Shown: one piece after another, positions 18,842-29,057 of the stretch
How positions within the stretch are numbered: the stretch's first letter is position 1
How the letters are laid out: every line of letters starts with the position of its first letter
Origin: Escherichia coli
Lineage (GTDB): Bacteria > Pseudomonadota > Gammaproteobacteria > Enterobacterales > Enterobacteriaceae
Reading direction: 5' to 3' (one strand)
Assembly (NCBI RefSeq): GCF_003334255.1
Contig: NZ_QOWU01000048.1
Length of the DNA stretch: 43,440 bases
The notes under the pieces: model-generated
The model's database searches: none
What the model saw: only the letters and a program-made list of their open reading frames with translations
What the model was told of the DNA's origin: nothing
Translations under genes and position numbers: made by a program

Positions 18842-21663
18842 AATGGCCCCTTCAATCGTTCTTTCTTATCATCCACCATCTGTTTTAACGCATCTTCAGA
18901 CGGTGTTGGCATTAATTTCTGTCGTTTATTTTCTTCATTATATCTGTTGTTTTGTTGAATTTCTTCCTGTTTGTGATTATTTTTTAACTCTGAATATTGT
19001 CTGTCTACAATATTTTCTTCGCCATGAATACTATTCTGAGTATCTCCGATATTCCCTTTATATTCTGTGACCATATTATCAACCTGATGTTTTACATCAT
19101 TACGGATATTACTGTCCTGCGTTCTTTGATCAATAATGGCCTGATGCCCCTGATGGTCAGCAATAATATCCTGGCTGCCACCACCCGAAGGTACGCTCTC
19201 CATTCCTTTACCAATATCCCCACGGGATTCACGCCAGGCATTATCAACACCAGGCTGCACCTGTTCCTGAACAAAAGACCATGCCATCGCCCGACGGCGT
19301 TCTGCAATCTCCGGTGAACTGGTGTTTGTCAGAATAGCTTCGGCATCCTGCGGTGCGTGTTTCATCACATACTGTGCAAACTGTTGCGACAAATCTTCGC
19401 TCATCTGCCCACTCATGCTTTCAGTACGGGATGCCATTTCAGCATATTCATGGCTGCGGGTCATATTCGTCGTGTACTGGTCGTAACTCTGTTTCGCTGA
19501 GTTCAGGGCTGCAGACAACTGGTCCACGCGGGAATCGGCATTATTGTCAGTATGGCTGCCGGATTCACTGACTTTGCGACTGGTAAAGTAATCGCTGGCC
19601 TCTTTAAAGTCCTTACTGGCTTTAGCATCGATATCATGGCGAGCATCATGGGTAGCCCTGCTGCCACTACTTGCTGAATGTGAGTCATCATCCGTTGCAT
19701 CCAGGCTCCCCTTAAATCCACCTCTGATGCCTACCCCACCACCAACACCAAGAATTTTAGGTTTAACCCCCCATTCAGCATGAGCATCAGCATACATTCC
19801 ACCAGATAGCCTGGTACTTGTTGATGCCAGTTCCTGAGTCGCCTGCTCATTACTGATATTATGCGCCTTCGCATAGCTTTCCACTGCACTGCGCATACGG
19901 CTGGCCATCATGGAGTCCTGAGCACTCATCGTGCTGTCAGCACCACCGGTGACAGAATCACTGCTCCCCCGGTTAGAACCAAACTGACTGAGCGTGTTCC
20001 AGGCACTGGCAATACTGCTGCTGAACCCATGCAGGGCACTTTCTGCTCTGTTCGATGCTTCCCGGGCCATTTCCTGTTGTGCCGCCGCAATCTGACGCGT
20101 TGCATTGATACCGACCGGTAAACGGGACATCGCCCCGCTCGCATCCATCACCATATTACCGTCACGGGTCTGTGTGGCGGTTGCGCCACTGCCGGTCTGG
20201 TACATCATCTGACCAAACGACGTGGTGCTGTTGGTGCTCCAGCTGAAGCCGTTAACGTTCTCCGTCTGCATGTTGCCGTAGGAGTAATTACCGTCAACCA
20301 CACTGCCTGCTGCACTGGCGGTCGGGCTGATAGCAGAGGAAGCGAAATGGCTGTACACACTGGAAAATCCTGCCCCGAGCCCCCTGACCATCATCCAGGA
20401 TAATGGCGGGATCATCATGGAAAGATACCCGGCAGTGGAAGCCAGATCGGAGTATTTCAGCTGTATCTGTGAAATTTCCGAGAGCACCACCGGTGCACCA
20501 TTCTGCTTTGCATAAAATGTCATGGCGCTGTTCAGAATGGCGTACAACATTGGCCATGACTGCAACCACATCAGGGCAAACACATAGCCTTTCAGGACGG
20601 ACAGCGTCAGTTTGTTGAAGACAGCCGCCAGTACCAGGAGCGGGAAAATACCGATGGCGATCCCCGTCAGGATGGTCTGCGTCATGGGCAGTGTCCGCAT
20701 CGCCACATGACCGATGGAGACATGTGCCAGACGTTGCTTCTCCATCGATGATGTGGTGGCCAGATTCACCAGGCTGGCCGAATCACCATTACGTGCGGCA
20801 TAACTGGTGATCCCCTCCTTCAGCGCATTGATGGTGACATTCTGGCGGATGATCTGGCTGGCTGATTTACTTGAGCCATAGAAGTAACTGTAACTGTCGC
20901 CAATCAGCGTACTGAACAACAGGTTCGGATCAGGGCGTCCACCAAATAGCTGCTGGGCATAATAATGCCATGTTTTTCCGCCACTCTGTGTGTCCAGATT
21001 CAGCTTGTCTTTCAGCGAAACCGACGCGTCCTTACAGGTCACGAAATTATTATTGCTGTCATAAACGCCCCGCAGCGGACTGGGGCGGGAAAAAATCAGC
21101 GTGTAAGGATCAGCGGAGGCCATCAGTTCCTCCAGCGTGTATTTGTGGTTCAGGTAAATATCCCCCATCACGCAGTTCTGCACATAATCCTGGAAAAGAT
21201 TGGCGATTTCCGGATTACGGGACAAAAAGTCGGTGCTTTTTGATACCAGTTCTGCGCCAAACAGCATCCCCGTTTTGCTGTAGGTGACACTGTCCGGTTG
21301 CGTGAAGATCATCTCGTAACTGGCCACCATTGCATGCCCGATACGGGTCGTCAGTGAAAGTGGCATCGCCAGTCCGACCGGCACATTATCCACCCGGTGA
21401 ACTTTGACCAGGTCACTGTTATCAATAATCTGCACCGATGTGCGGACATTAACCAGCAGGCTGATAAGCACAAACACGGCCACCCAGCCCAGCAAATCCA
21501 TCACGTTGTGCCGCTGTACCCACATTACGGCCACCGCGAGAACAGACAATGTGAGCGCAATTTTTTCAATGGAATCCCACGTCCGGGTCCCCATAAAAGC
21601 GGCAATGGCATTCAGGTTATTCCGCAACCACTCACCACCGGCAATCACATAAACTTCATTCAC
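18838..21663 (-). CDS. traG: TraG mating-pair stabilisation/pilus assembly/entry exclusion protein, 941 aa
   Basis: Size, N-terminal polytopic region and large periplasmic C-terminal domain match F TraG (938 aa). Syntenic with traH and traS. Confidence 0.9.
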   Translation of the reverse strand: MNEVYVIAGGEWLRNNLNAIAAFMGTRTWDSIEKIALTLSVLAVAVMWVQRHNVMDLLGWVAVFVLISLLVNVRTSVQIIDNSDLVKVHRVDNVPVGLAMPLSLTTRIGHAMVASYEMIFTQPDSVTYSKTGMLFGAELVSKSTDFLSRNPEIANLFQDYVQNCVMGDIYLNHKYTLEELMASADPYTLIFSRPSPLRGVYDSNNNFVTCKDASVSLKDKLNLDTQSGGKTWHYYAQQLFGGRPDPNLLFSTLIGDSYSYFYGSSKSASQIIRQNVTINALKEGITSYAARNGDSASLVNLATTSSMEKQRLAHVSIGHVAMRTLPMTQTILTGIAIGIFPLLVLAAVFNKLTLSVLKGYVFALMWLQSWPMLYAILNSAMTFYAKQNGAPVVLSEISQIQLKYSDLASTAGYLSMMIPPLSWMMVRGLGAGFSSVYSHFASSAISPTASAAGSVVDGNYSYGNMQTENVNGFSWSTNSTTSFGQMMYQTGSGATATQTRDGNMVMDASGAMSRLPVGINATRQIAAAQQEMAREASNRAESALHGFSSSIASAWNTLSQFGSNRGSSDSVTGGADSTMSAQDSMMASRMRSAVESYAKAHNISNEQATQELASTSTRLSGGMYADAHAEWGVKPKILGVGGGVGIRGGFKGSLDATDDDSHSASSGSRATHDARHDIDAKASKDFKEASDYFTSRKVSESGSHTDNNADSRVDQLSAALNSAKQSYDQYTTNMTRSHEYAEMASRTESMSGQMSEDLSQQFAQYVMKHAPQDAEAILTNTSSPEIAERRRAMAWSFVQEQVQPGVDNAWRESRGDIGKGMESVPSGGGSQDIIADHQGHQAIIDQRTQDSNIRNDVKHQVDNMVTEYKGNIGDTQNSIHGEENIVDRQYSELKNNHKQEEIQQNNRYNEENKRQKLMPTPSEDALKQMVDDKKERLKGPL

Positions 21664-23036
21664 AGCGTGCTCCCTCCGAAGTGATAGTTGTTCTGGTAAC
21701 GACTGAGCATGCGGGCGGAAAGCTGCTGACGCATGTAGCTCATCTGACGATCGACAACCAGCAGCGCATCCTGCTGTACCTGCACCTGTGACTGAAACGC
21801 CGCAATCTGCCGGGTGGCATCATTCATGTTGTCGTTAATATGTTCGATAACTGCTTCGTCATAATTTCCTGTGGCCACCATCGCCCGGGCCTGCTGTATC
21901 AGCTCCTGAATGTACTGCAGCAGGATGTCGTAACCGATATAGTCCGTCAGCTGGTAAATCATACTGTTGGAAACACCGAGCATCTGCGGGTCAACCAGGT
22001 ATTTGAAGACGGGGATGGTGGTACTGGAAATAAAGCCTTTTTCCTTGTCATCCAGAGGCGTGTCACTGACAGCCTTGTTCTGAATGCTGGCCAGAAGTTT
22101 AGTAATCTGAGACTTCAGTGCATTATCCCGGCTGATGGTCACCGGTGTGTCTGCCACCACTTTCAGGCATTTATCAGAATCGTTGCAGTGATAAATTTTT
22201 GCTGTGCCGCCTTCCATCATGGCCCGGATAATTGAGCGGTCAGTGGTTCTGGCTGACAGCGGTGTGATTTCGCCGTTGGGACCAAACACCAGTGAGCCGG
22301 TCAGCGTCATCACAAACTCTTTCAGCTCTTTGTTGCCGTCAAACATTCTGTTTTTGGAAAGCGCATTCCACATGATGTTAATGTTTTTGGTCACCCGCTC
22401 CTTATCCTTGTCGCTGGCTTTATCCCTGACGCTGTCAGATTTACCGCCAACGGTACATCCCTGCCGGGAAGCCGCCCAGTCAGCAAAAATATTGCTCTCA
22501 CCGGCAATGTCCTGACAGACTTTTTGCTGGGACACCTGCGTCCGGGGGAAAAGCCCGCCGATAATCCCCTGCGCCGCCTGGCAGGAACTGAGGTTCATGC
22601 TGTTAATGTCGCTTGCCATTTTCTGCAGGAAGTCTTTTGCGGTTTTGATTTCCGGCACCGTTGTCTGCAGGGCAAGGTCAAAAAAGTAACCGGCAGCATT
22701 ACTCATAATCTGCTTAACAAAACGCTGCAGCTGCTCGCCATTAATAAAACTGAACGAACCGAGATAAGCGTCGATGCCGCCACATCCGGCATTGATATCC
22801 GGCAGCGTCATGGAAATCAGCTGAACATTTTTGACCTGAGTACGGGCATACAGGGAGCCGCCGTAAGCATAGCCGGCAGCCTGCCCCTGCCAGACGCCCG
22901 GCTGTGTGGTATTGGAGGCGAAGCCCAGCTTGTTAAAGAACTGATTCATGTCGCTGTTCACATCCGCTGACGCTGCGGGTGTGACCGTCAGTAAAGCAGC
23001 ACAAAGAACCAGAAGAGGTTTAATGCGTAGCATCAT
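21660..23036 (-). CDS. traH: TraH pilus assembly protein, 458 aa
   Basis: Signal peptide (MMLRIKPLLVLCAALLTVTPAASA), size and C-terminal coiled-coil match F TraH. Confidence 0.9.
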   Translation of the reverse strand: MMLRIKPLLVLCAALLTVTPAASADVNSDMNQFFNKLGFASNTTQPGVWQGQAAGYAYGGSLYARTQVKNVQLISMTLPDINAGCGGIDAYLGSFSFINGEQLQRFVKQIMSNAAGYFFDLALQTTVPEIKTAKDFLQKMASDINSMNLSSCQAAQGIIGGLFPRTQVSQQKVCQDIAGESNIFADWAASRQGCTVGGKSDSVRDKASDKDKERVTKNINIMWNALSKNRMFDGNKELKEFVMTLTGSLVFGPNGEITPLSARTTDRSIIRAMMEGGTAKIYHCNDSDKCLKVVADTPVTISRDNALKSQITKLLASIQNKAVSDTPLDDKEKGFISSTTIPVFKYLVDPQMLGVSNSMIYQLTDYIGYDILLQYIQELIQQARAMVATGNYDEAVIEHINDNMNDATRQIAAFQSQVQVQQDALLVVDRQMSYMRQQLSARMLSRYQNNYHFGGSTL

Positions 23037-23335
23037 TCTTGCCCTCCCTTAATTTGTTCTCCCGGCGCATACGACATTTCAGCAGGAATATCCCGATATT
23101 TCCGTCCAGTCCTGCGGCTGTAATATATTTCAGACACCGAAATCCATCCCACAATTGCCCCCACAAAAAACACAACAGAAACAGAAAAGGTAAGGCACAG
23201 CGAAACGACAATTTCTACAGGGCTGGCGGGATAAAAAAGCCCCTGACGGATAAAGGGGATATTCAGGCTGACGATTATTCCCGTCGCGATGCCGGATATT
23301 CCGGCAATGAGTAACACCACCTGCTTATTTCGCAC
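23033..23335 (-). CDS. trbJ: TrbJ-like small membrane protein, about 100 aa, start uncertain
   Basis: The only ORF between trbB and traH. Candidate GTG start at 23335, just after the trbB stop. There is not enough space for both trbJ and trbF, so trbF appears absent. Confidence 0.5.
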   Translation of the reverse strand: MRNKQVVLLIAGISGIATGIIVSLNIPFIRQGLFYPASPVEIVVSLCLTFSVSVVFFVGAIVGWISVSEIYYSRRTGRKYRDIPAEMSYAPGEQIKGGQE

Positions 23336-23870
23336 CTTTTTTTCCTCCGTACATCTGCAGAACGGTATCCATCCGCGCCATAAAACCGGCGGCATCCGTT
23401 GCCCCCTGTAAAAGCGGTAATGCCTCAAGCGTGTTGACGTTGACCAGGAAGGTGGTCGGTGTGGCCACCGGGATATTCGGGAAGAAGGTCTGCATCACGT
23501 CCGGTGGCACCGGTAATGCTTCCGGAAAGGCGGTATCCCCCTGACCATCCAGGGTGTAGGGAAAAACGGAAAAGCCGTACTGCTGTGCCAACTGCTTCAG
23601 TACCGGGTCAAACTGGTGACAGTAAGGGCAATGCCCCTGCATAAACAGCACCACCTTCCAGTCGGCCAGGTTAACCTGCCTGCCGTTGCTGAGGCGGAAC
23701 CAGCGGGGAGCCGGCTTTTCTGTCCTGGCTGATGTGTCTGCTGCCGGTTGTGCAGGCTGCGCGGCCATGCCCTGCGGATTCCAGAGTCGTTCAATTTCAT
23801 CCCGGGTGGAGGCCTGCACGGCAGCGGCTGCCAGCAACAGGGTGAACAACAGTGATTTAATGAGAGACAT
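23325..23870 (-). CDS. trbB: TrbB periplasmic thioredoxin-fold disulfide isomerase, 181 aa
   Basis: Signal peptide plus CxxC active site 'GHCPYCHQ'. Size matches F TrbB. Confidence 0.85.
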   Translation of the reverse strand: MSLIKSLLFTLLLAAAAVQASTRDEIERLWNPQGMAAQPAQPAADTSARTEKPAPRWFRLSNGRQVNLADWKVVLFMQGHCPYCHQFDPVLKQLAQQYGFSVFPYTLDGQGDTAFPEALPVPPDVMQTFFPNIPVATPTTFLVNVNTLEALPLLQGATDAAGFMARMDTVLQMYGGKKGAK

Positions 23871-24141
23871 GTCTGCCCTCCTGCTGCCCTTCCATCATGG
23901 CCTGTTGCCTGGCTTCCAGTGCCTCACGCTCTTCCCGGCTGACACGGGCAATCCATGCATCCAGCACCTGGTATGCGCCGAATAGCACAAGGATGGCCGC
24001 AATCAACTCCGCCAGAAAAAAAGCCATCCAGGGTTTGCTGTAAACAAGACGGGCGACGATATGAAACCAGACACCCAGGGAAAATACCCACATTCCCGTA
24101 ATATCAAGCCGGGGTAAAGAGAATCTGCGTTTACTTATCAT
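23857..24141 (-). CDS. traQ: TraQ pilin chaperone, 94 aa
   Basis: Size, position and hydrophobic central segment match F TraQ. Confidence 0.8.
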   Translation of the reverse strand: MISKRRFSLPRLDITGMWVFSLGVWFHIVARLVYSKPWMAFFLAELIAAILVLFGAYQVLDAWIARVSREEREALEARQQAMMEGQQEGRHVSH

Positions 24142-24259
24142 GTTAAACTCCGGTTATTATTTACATGAGAGTATTTATGTCTGTAATATTCGCGTTTGTG
24201 TGATATTAATCAGATCAACCTCATTATTTTGTATGGTTTTTATTACCGTTTTATATGAC

Positions 24260-24607
24260 TTAGCCTGTCATAAGCCCCCTTATAAAAAACCACATCACTC
24301 CGGACCATACTGATGACAACATAATACAGATAAATATTCTTCTGAACCCGTCGAAGCTCGTAACGTTCGGTAATGAGCCAATAACCATTGGAACAACCAT
24401 TGCTGCGCCCTGATTCATAATTGCACCACACAGAAACCAGAGACTGGCAGTCAGCACATATAAACACGCGATATTAATAACAAGGAAAACCAGTGAGCTC
24501 AGGAGAAACATTTTCCTGTCATTACGCTCAGAAAAGAAATAACCAGCAATAATGACAAATATTAACAGAACAACACCTGTAAACAGTTTCAAATAATCTT
24601 CACTCAT
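24260..24607 (-). CDS. trbA: TrbA small inner-membrane protein, 115 aa
   Basis: Syntenic between traF and traQ. Polytopic, AT-rich, same length as F TrbA. Confidence 0.7.
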   Translation of the reverse strand: MSEDYLKLFTGVVLLIFVIIAGYFFSERNDRKMFLLSSLVFLVINIACLYVLTASLWFLCGAIMNQGAAMVVPMVIGSLPNVTSFDGFRRIFICIMLSSVWSGVMWFFIRGLMTG

Positions 24608-24622
24608 AAATCAAATCCGCGA

Positions 24623-25366
24623 TTAAAAATTGGGTTTAAAATCTTCAGAAACGTTCAGGAACTGTTTTGCCAGGTCGTCCTGCGAAATAAAACCGTATGA
24701 TAACGGGCGAACACTGCCCTGTTTCGGGTCAACCAGCATCATGGCCGGGAAATATTTCACGCCGAGGCGCTGCGCCTGCCCCTGGTCAGTCCGGGAATCC
24801 GGCAACAGCGGATTAATCACGCCATCCACGGAAACGGGAATAACACTCAGACCATAGGTATCCCTGAAGCCATTAATGACCTGCGCCAGCTGCCCGTCGA
24901 TGGGGTCCTGCCCCCGGTAAAAGAACATGATGCCGTAGTGTTCAGCCAGTTTCGCAATGGCCTGTCGCTGCTGCACCTGGTCTGCCGCCAGCTGGTTCCG
25001 GACCGTGCCGTTGTAATGGCTGTACTGCAGGTTATAGTCCAGTTCGGGATGCGCCAGCATGGCTTTTTTGGCGCTCATGGTGAAAAGCCCGGCCTGCTGA
25101 GTCCAGTAATTTTGCAGCCGGAAATATTTCACAAAATTATCCACGCCGGGATACAGAATGGCTTCGTACAGCGCCCGCTTTGTTGCCGTCTGCAGTGCGG
25201 CCAGTTTCTGCATAATGTCCGGCTCCTGACGGGGGGCTGCAGGTACTGGTTTATTTTCTTTTTCCTTCGGATTTATTTTCTCGTTATACCACTGCCAGCC
25301 TGCATCTTTTCCTGACGCCGGAAAAATAAAGCAGCAGAGTAACAGTGGCAGTAATGCTTTATTCAT
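24623..25366 (-). CDS. traF: TraF periplasmic thioredoxin-like pilus assembly protein, 247 aa
   Basis: Start trimmed to MNKALLPLLLCCFIFPASG (signal peptide), giving the F TraF length. ORF-track start at 25396 is an over-extension. Confidence 0.85.
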   Translation of the reverse strand: MNKALLPLLLCCFIFPASGKDAGWQWYNEKINPKEKENKPVPAAPRQEPDIMQKLAALQTATKRALYEAILYPGVDNFVKYFRLQNYWTQQAGLFTMSAKKAMLAHPELDYNLQYSHYNGTVRNQLAADQVQQRQAIAKLAEHYGIMFFYRGQDPIDGQLAQVINGFRDTYGLSVIPVSVDGVINPLLPDSRTDQGQAQRLGVKYFPAMMLVDPKQGSVRPLSYGFISQDDLAKQFLNVSEDFKPNF

Positions 25367-25619
25367 CTTCATTCCTTTCATCACTTTTTCTTTCATCAGG
25401 TTTCTGCAGGTCAGTCAGGGCAGAAAAACAAAAATACAGAATAAACAGGAGCACACCGGAGTAAAAAATAACGAAAGCAGCAGCAAGTATCTCACCTGCA
25501 GTGGTTTCTTTTACCGTATCCCACGACCAGATAATTACCGGGGAAATGACAATCGCTGTAATCAAAAGCCGGATAAGAAAATCAATAAAACGGTTCGACG
25601 TGAATATGACTTTCATCAT
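25359..25619 (-). CDS. trbE: TrbE small membrane protein, 86 aa
   Basis: Size and position (between traN and traF, overlapping the traF start) match F TrbE. Confidence 0.7.
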   Translation of the reverse strand: MMKVIFTSNRFIDFLIRLLITAIVISPVIIWSWDTVKETTAGEILAAAFVIFYSGVLLFILYFCFSALTDLQKPDERKSDERNEDE

Positions 25620-25642
25620 TTTCCCCGGTTATTTTCCCTACC

Positions 25643-27451
25643 TTACTGTCCTGCCTGTTTCAGCTGGTCAGCAATCTGCTCTTTCACTTTCTGCGTCAGA
25701 ACACCACTGTCCGGGATTTTCTGGTTATTCATCAGGTCTTCGTAGAAGTTAGTGAAATCCAGTCTGTCGAACTGAATTTTCTGCAGCTCATCAACCGTAA
25801 TCCCCCGACAGTCAGGATGCTTCGCACTGCCAAAACTGATACGCAGCTGTCCGTTGCGCCCCTGCTGCTGGACTATCTGCGCCAGCTTCGAATCAAACTG
25901 ACAGTAACTGCGTTTTTTCTCCAGGCAGACACCCAGCACTTTCTTCGAACAGAACTCTCCGACACTGACGGTCAGTTTGTTTGATTTTGCTTTAGCCAGG
26001 GCTTTTTCATCACTGCTGCATTTGGCCAGCCCGATATCCTGTCCCCAGCCGCTGTCCTTACAGCAGTTGCTGTATCCGGCTGCAGCCTTCTTACAAAATT
26101 TCGCCTGACCGGTGAAAGCACGGACATCCACCCCGTTCAGCGCCGCAACATCCTTACCTGCTGCGGCCAGTGCCGCCAGCTGAGAAACGGCTTCGGCAAA
26201 ATCATTACTCTTCCCGCTCTGAGCCTTATCGCATTCGCCATCGAGACAGAAGACGTCTCCCCCACAGACCATCACTTTCCCGGATGTTTTTGACTCACAG
26301 GAGTACGTGGCATATTCATGCAGACAGGCACCTTCTTCGGAGTAAAAGGCGCACTGGTGTGACACCAGGGTACAGGCAGGATTGTCGGTGTAGGTCTGAC
26401 AGGTTCCCTTGTCTGCTGACTGTGTGACATACGTGTCCCGGTATGCCCAGCAGCTCTGGTACATGCTGTATGACTGACCGTCTTTCACCAGCGTCCTGTT
26501 CCCGCCAGCCTCCGTACATTCTGTTTTTGTCAGTTTCCCCAGCTCCTTGCTGAACGGGCAGCTTTCAGACCAGACAACATACGGGGTGTACGAGGCTTTT
26601 TTTACCCTGACAACCAGACGCAGCTTCATTGCCGTATGACGTTTGAATTTTGTATTCCCGACCCGGACGGGGTGAGATGACGTAAAAGCCACACCGGCAG
26701 TCAGTGTTTTCTGTACTGGTGTAAATGAGGCATCTGCTGAGTATTTGGCATTCCAGCTCAGTGGGGTTCCCAGTACTGTAATTGTCATAGGTACACTCTT
26801 CTGCAGGTAAGTACGACTCCAGCTGTAATGCGCATCGACAATTTCACCGGTAACGGGAGAGGTAATGGAGACAACATACTGACCATTCACTTCACGTGCA
26901 GGTAGCTGACTCATTTCATACTCCAGCGTCCGGGTTTCCCATGTGGTACTCCCCTGCAGCTCCATACGGGCAGTTCGTGTGCAGTACTGCTCCACCTGTA
27001 AATCCCGCTCACAGGTGTAATTCGTGTATTCACTCCTGCTAATCTCCTGCGCACTGCACTGCTGCCCGGTGTTTCCCACAATGCTGTCAGCCCGGTTCAC
27101 CACATCCCTGCCGGTCTGGATAAACGGTGCATCCGGTGAAAGAACGTCTTTCGGCTTGTTCATGAATGACTCTGTGATGGTTTTTCCGGTTTCACCGGTC
27201 GCCCATTCCGTGGTGCCGTCATTTTTCAGGCCGCCATCCCCGCCGGCAGTCACGCCACCGTAGTATTTTGTCTCGTCCGGATTCGCGTTATAGCCGGGGA
27301 TACTCTCCTGTGGCTTAAAGCCCTGAATACTGCTGCTTCCCTGTCCTTTGATCTGGTGAGCAAAATCAGAGCCGGCCCGGTAATCACTGTTGCTGTCAGC
27401 CAGTGCCATGCCGGCAACCAGAGCCAGTATCAGAGGTAAAATACGTTTCAT
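25643..27451 (-). CDS. traN: TraN mating-pair stabilisation outer-membrane protein, 602 aa
   Basis: Signal peptide, 602 aa, Cys-rich C-terminal half as in F TraN. Confidence 0.9.
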   Translation of the reverse strand: MKRILPLILALVAGMALADSNSDYRAGSDFAHQIKGQGSSSIQGFKPQESIPGYNANPDETKYYGGVTAGGDGGLKNDGTTEWATGETGKTITESFMNKPKDVLSPDAPFIQTGRDVVNRADSIVGNTGQQCSAQEISRSEYTNYTCERDLQVEQYCTRTARMELQGSTTWETRTLEYEMSQLPAREVNGQYVVSITSPVTGEIVDAHYSWSRTYLQKSVPMTITVLGTPLSWNAKYSADASFTPVQKTLTAGVAFTSSHPVRVGNTKFKRHTAMKLRLVVRVKKASYTPYVVWSESCPFSKELGKLTKTECTEAGGNRTLVKDGQSYSMYQSCWAYRDTYVTQSADKGTCQTYTDNPACTLVSHQCAFYSEEGACLHEYATYSCESKTSGKVMVCGGDVFCLDGECDKAQSGKSNDFAEAVSQLAALAAAGKDVAALNGVDVRAFTGQAKFCKKAAAGYSNCCKDSGWGQDIGLAKCSSDEKALAKAKSNKLTVSVGEFCSKKVLGVCLEKKRSYCQFDSKLAQIVQQQGRNGQLRISFGSAKHPDCRGITVDELQKIQFDRLDFTNFYEDLMNNQKIPDSGVLTQKVKEQIADQLKQAGQ

Positions 27452-28086
27452 TTCCCGGAATCTCCTTTCCCTGCCAGTAAATCATGAGCCACCTGCCGGC
27501 AGTCACCCGTGGCGGCCACTTTCTCCAGCGCCTGGCCGACCCGCAGGTTTCCCCGGATGATGTCGTATCCCTGACTGCAGAACACCACCAGTGCCGGTAC
27601 ACTGCGAATGCCGTACTGTGAAAACAGCGTCGGGTCGATCTGAACACCATCAGTCGCGCCGTCTTTCACCAGGGACAGCACGGCTTCAGCGGTGGTCTTC
27701 AGGTCATTGTTCACCATGCCCCGCAGTGTGGCGGGTATACCGTAGTGCCGGGTTTCGCCCAGCATCCGTTTCAGCCCCTCTTCGGGAATGGAAAACGACA
27801 CAAAATACAGGGCCCCCTGCCGGGGTTTCCCGTCCTGCGAAGCCTGCTGTTTACGAACCAGCTCATCCAGGAAATGGTTATCTGAACGCTGAAGGGGGTT
27901 CTCCAGCACCTGTTTCTCCGCCCAGGCCTTCAGCTGATGGTCAGGTTTTTCACGCAGTTGTCTGCTTAAATTTTCCTGCTGCTTCAGGAACTGGCGGTTT
28001 TCAGGAGTGTTCACATTGTCTGAGGCATGAACAGTGATATGCATTCCTGCAGTCAGGGCAAAAAGCGCAAATGTTTTCCAGTTCAT
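27448..28086 (-). CDS. trbC: TrbC periplasmic pilus assembly protein, 212 aa
   Basis: Start trimmed to MNWKTFALFALTAGMHITVHA (signal peptide), giving the F TrbC length. Overlaps the traN start. Confidence 0.85.
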   Translation of the reverse strand: MNWKTFALFALTAGMHITVHASDNVNTPENRQFLKQQENLSRQLREKPDHQLKAWAEKQVLENPLQRSDNHFLDELVRKQQASQDGKPRQGALYFVSFSIPEEGLKRMLGETRHYGIPATLRGMVNNDLKTTAEAVLSLVKDGATDGVQIDPTLFSQYGIRSVPALVVFCSQGYDIIRGNLRVGQALEKVAATGDCRQVAHDLLAGKGDSGK

Positions 28087-28113
28087 GATATATCCTGATG
28101 GCATTGTTACAAT

Positions 28114-28566
28114 TTAATTACCCGTAGGGTTTTCTCTCAATTTTTCTGCCAGTTTTAAAAAAGCATCAAACTCTTTCTGACCTGCGCATATTTTACTGGC
28201 TGTAATCGACACGGTTATTCCTGATGTGTTATTGGCAGAGTCTTTAATATCATTATTATGGACGGAGACATTATCGGGACTGAAAATATAAACTTTTTCT
28301 CTGGGATAATCCCTGTCCACATCCTCCCGCCACTGAATCTGTTCTTTATCAAAACGGTGATACATTATTGAGGAAAACCGGCACAACCAGTCGTCAATAC
28401 ATGACAGCTTATCCAGTAATTGTTGCGAATGACGGACCTCACAGGCAAGCTGCCGACACTCCATAATGCACCGTGACACACCACCATTTGCATTCACAAG
28501 CGCTTTCATCTCCAGCAGAACACCCATATCAAGTATTCTGGAGCCATATTTTATATTATTACTCAT
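28114..28566 (-). CDS. Hypothetical protein, 150 aa (distal gene of the AT-rich insertion in the tra operon)
   Basis: ATG at 28566 preceded by a GGAGG RBS at 5-nt spacing. About 38% GC against about 55-60% in flanking traU/trbC. No motif recognised. Several Cys (CIMECRQLAC, SCIDDWLC). Confidence 0.55.
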   Translation of the reverse strand: MSNNIKYGSRILDMGVLLEMKALVNANGGVSRCIMECRQLACEVRHSQQLLDKLSCIDDWLCRFSSIMYHRFDKEQIQWREDVDRDYPREKVYIFSPDNVSVHNNDIKDSANNTSGITVSITASKICAGQKEFDAFLKLAEKLRENPTGN

Positions 28567-28595
28567 TACACCCTCCTCTGTTTTTGTTTACACAT

Positions 28596-29057
28596 TTACC
28601 TGGCATAAATATTATCTGTATTACGATGCCTTGATGGCGTATAAACATTGCAACTCCTTTCTCTGTCAGAATTGAAGGACAATGCAATAACACCATCAAA
28701 CAACAGTTCGATAAACTCAGACTCACATGAGTCTGCAACCACAACCAGGCGTTTATGATATTTTCTGGCCTGTTTAATTAACCTGATAACTTTTGATGTC
28801 ATTTTCTTTTCACACAGCCTGACTCCATCAAGGATTAACGTCTTTTCAGGTGTATTCAGAAAATCAAAATTATCAATATTTTCATCACAAAGCCGGTTGT
28901 ACCCCGCAGAGTTAAGAGTTTTAAAGTTGTAATACCGGGAATCACTATCACTGATTCTTATTTCAGTCAGGAGAGTTGACTTGCCGGTATCTTCTTCCCC
29001 CTTAATCAGAATGCGGTCTTTAAAGTTCAGCATTAATTCTGTTGCCTGTTTATACAT
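28596..29057 (-). CDS. Small P-loop NTPase-like protein, 153 aa (proximal gene of the AT-rich insertion)
   Basis: Walker A-like 'GEEDTGKST' near the N-terminus and candidate Walker B 'TLILDG' / 'RLVVVADSCE'. ATG at 29057 with an AAGGA RBS, 25 nt after the traU stop. ORF-track start at 29096 overlaps traU and is rejected. Confidence 0.55.
   Translation of the reverse strand: MYKQATELMLNFKDRILIKGEEDTGKSTLLTEIRISDSDSRYYNFKTLNSAGYNRLCDENIDNFDFLNTPEKTLILDGVRLCEKKMTSKVIRLIKQARKYHKRLVVVADSCESEFIELLFDGVIALSFNSDRERSCNVYTPSRHRNTDNIYAR

Noticed and set aside
24243-24467. 74-aa minus-strand ORF overlapping trbA in another frame
   Set aside because: Nested within the syntenic 115-aa trbA. No RBS or independent support.
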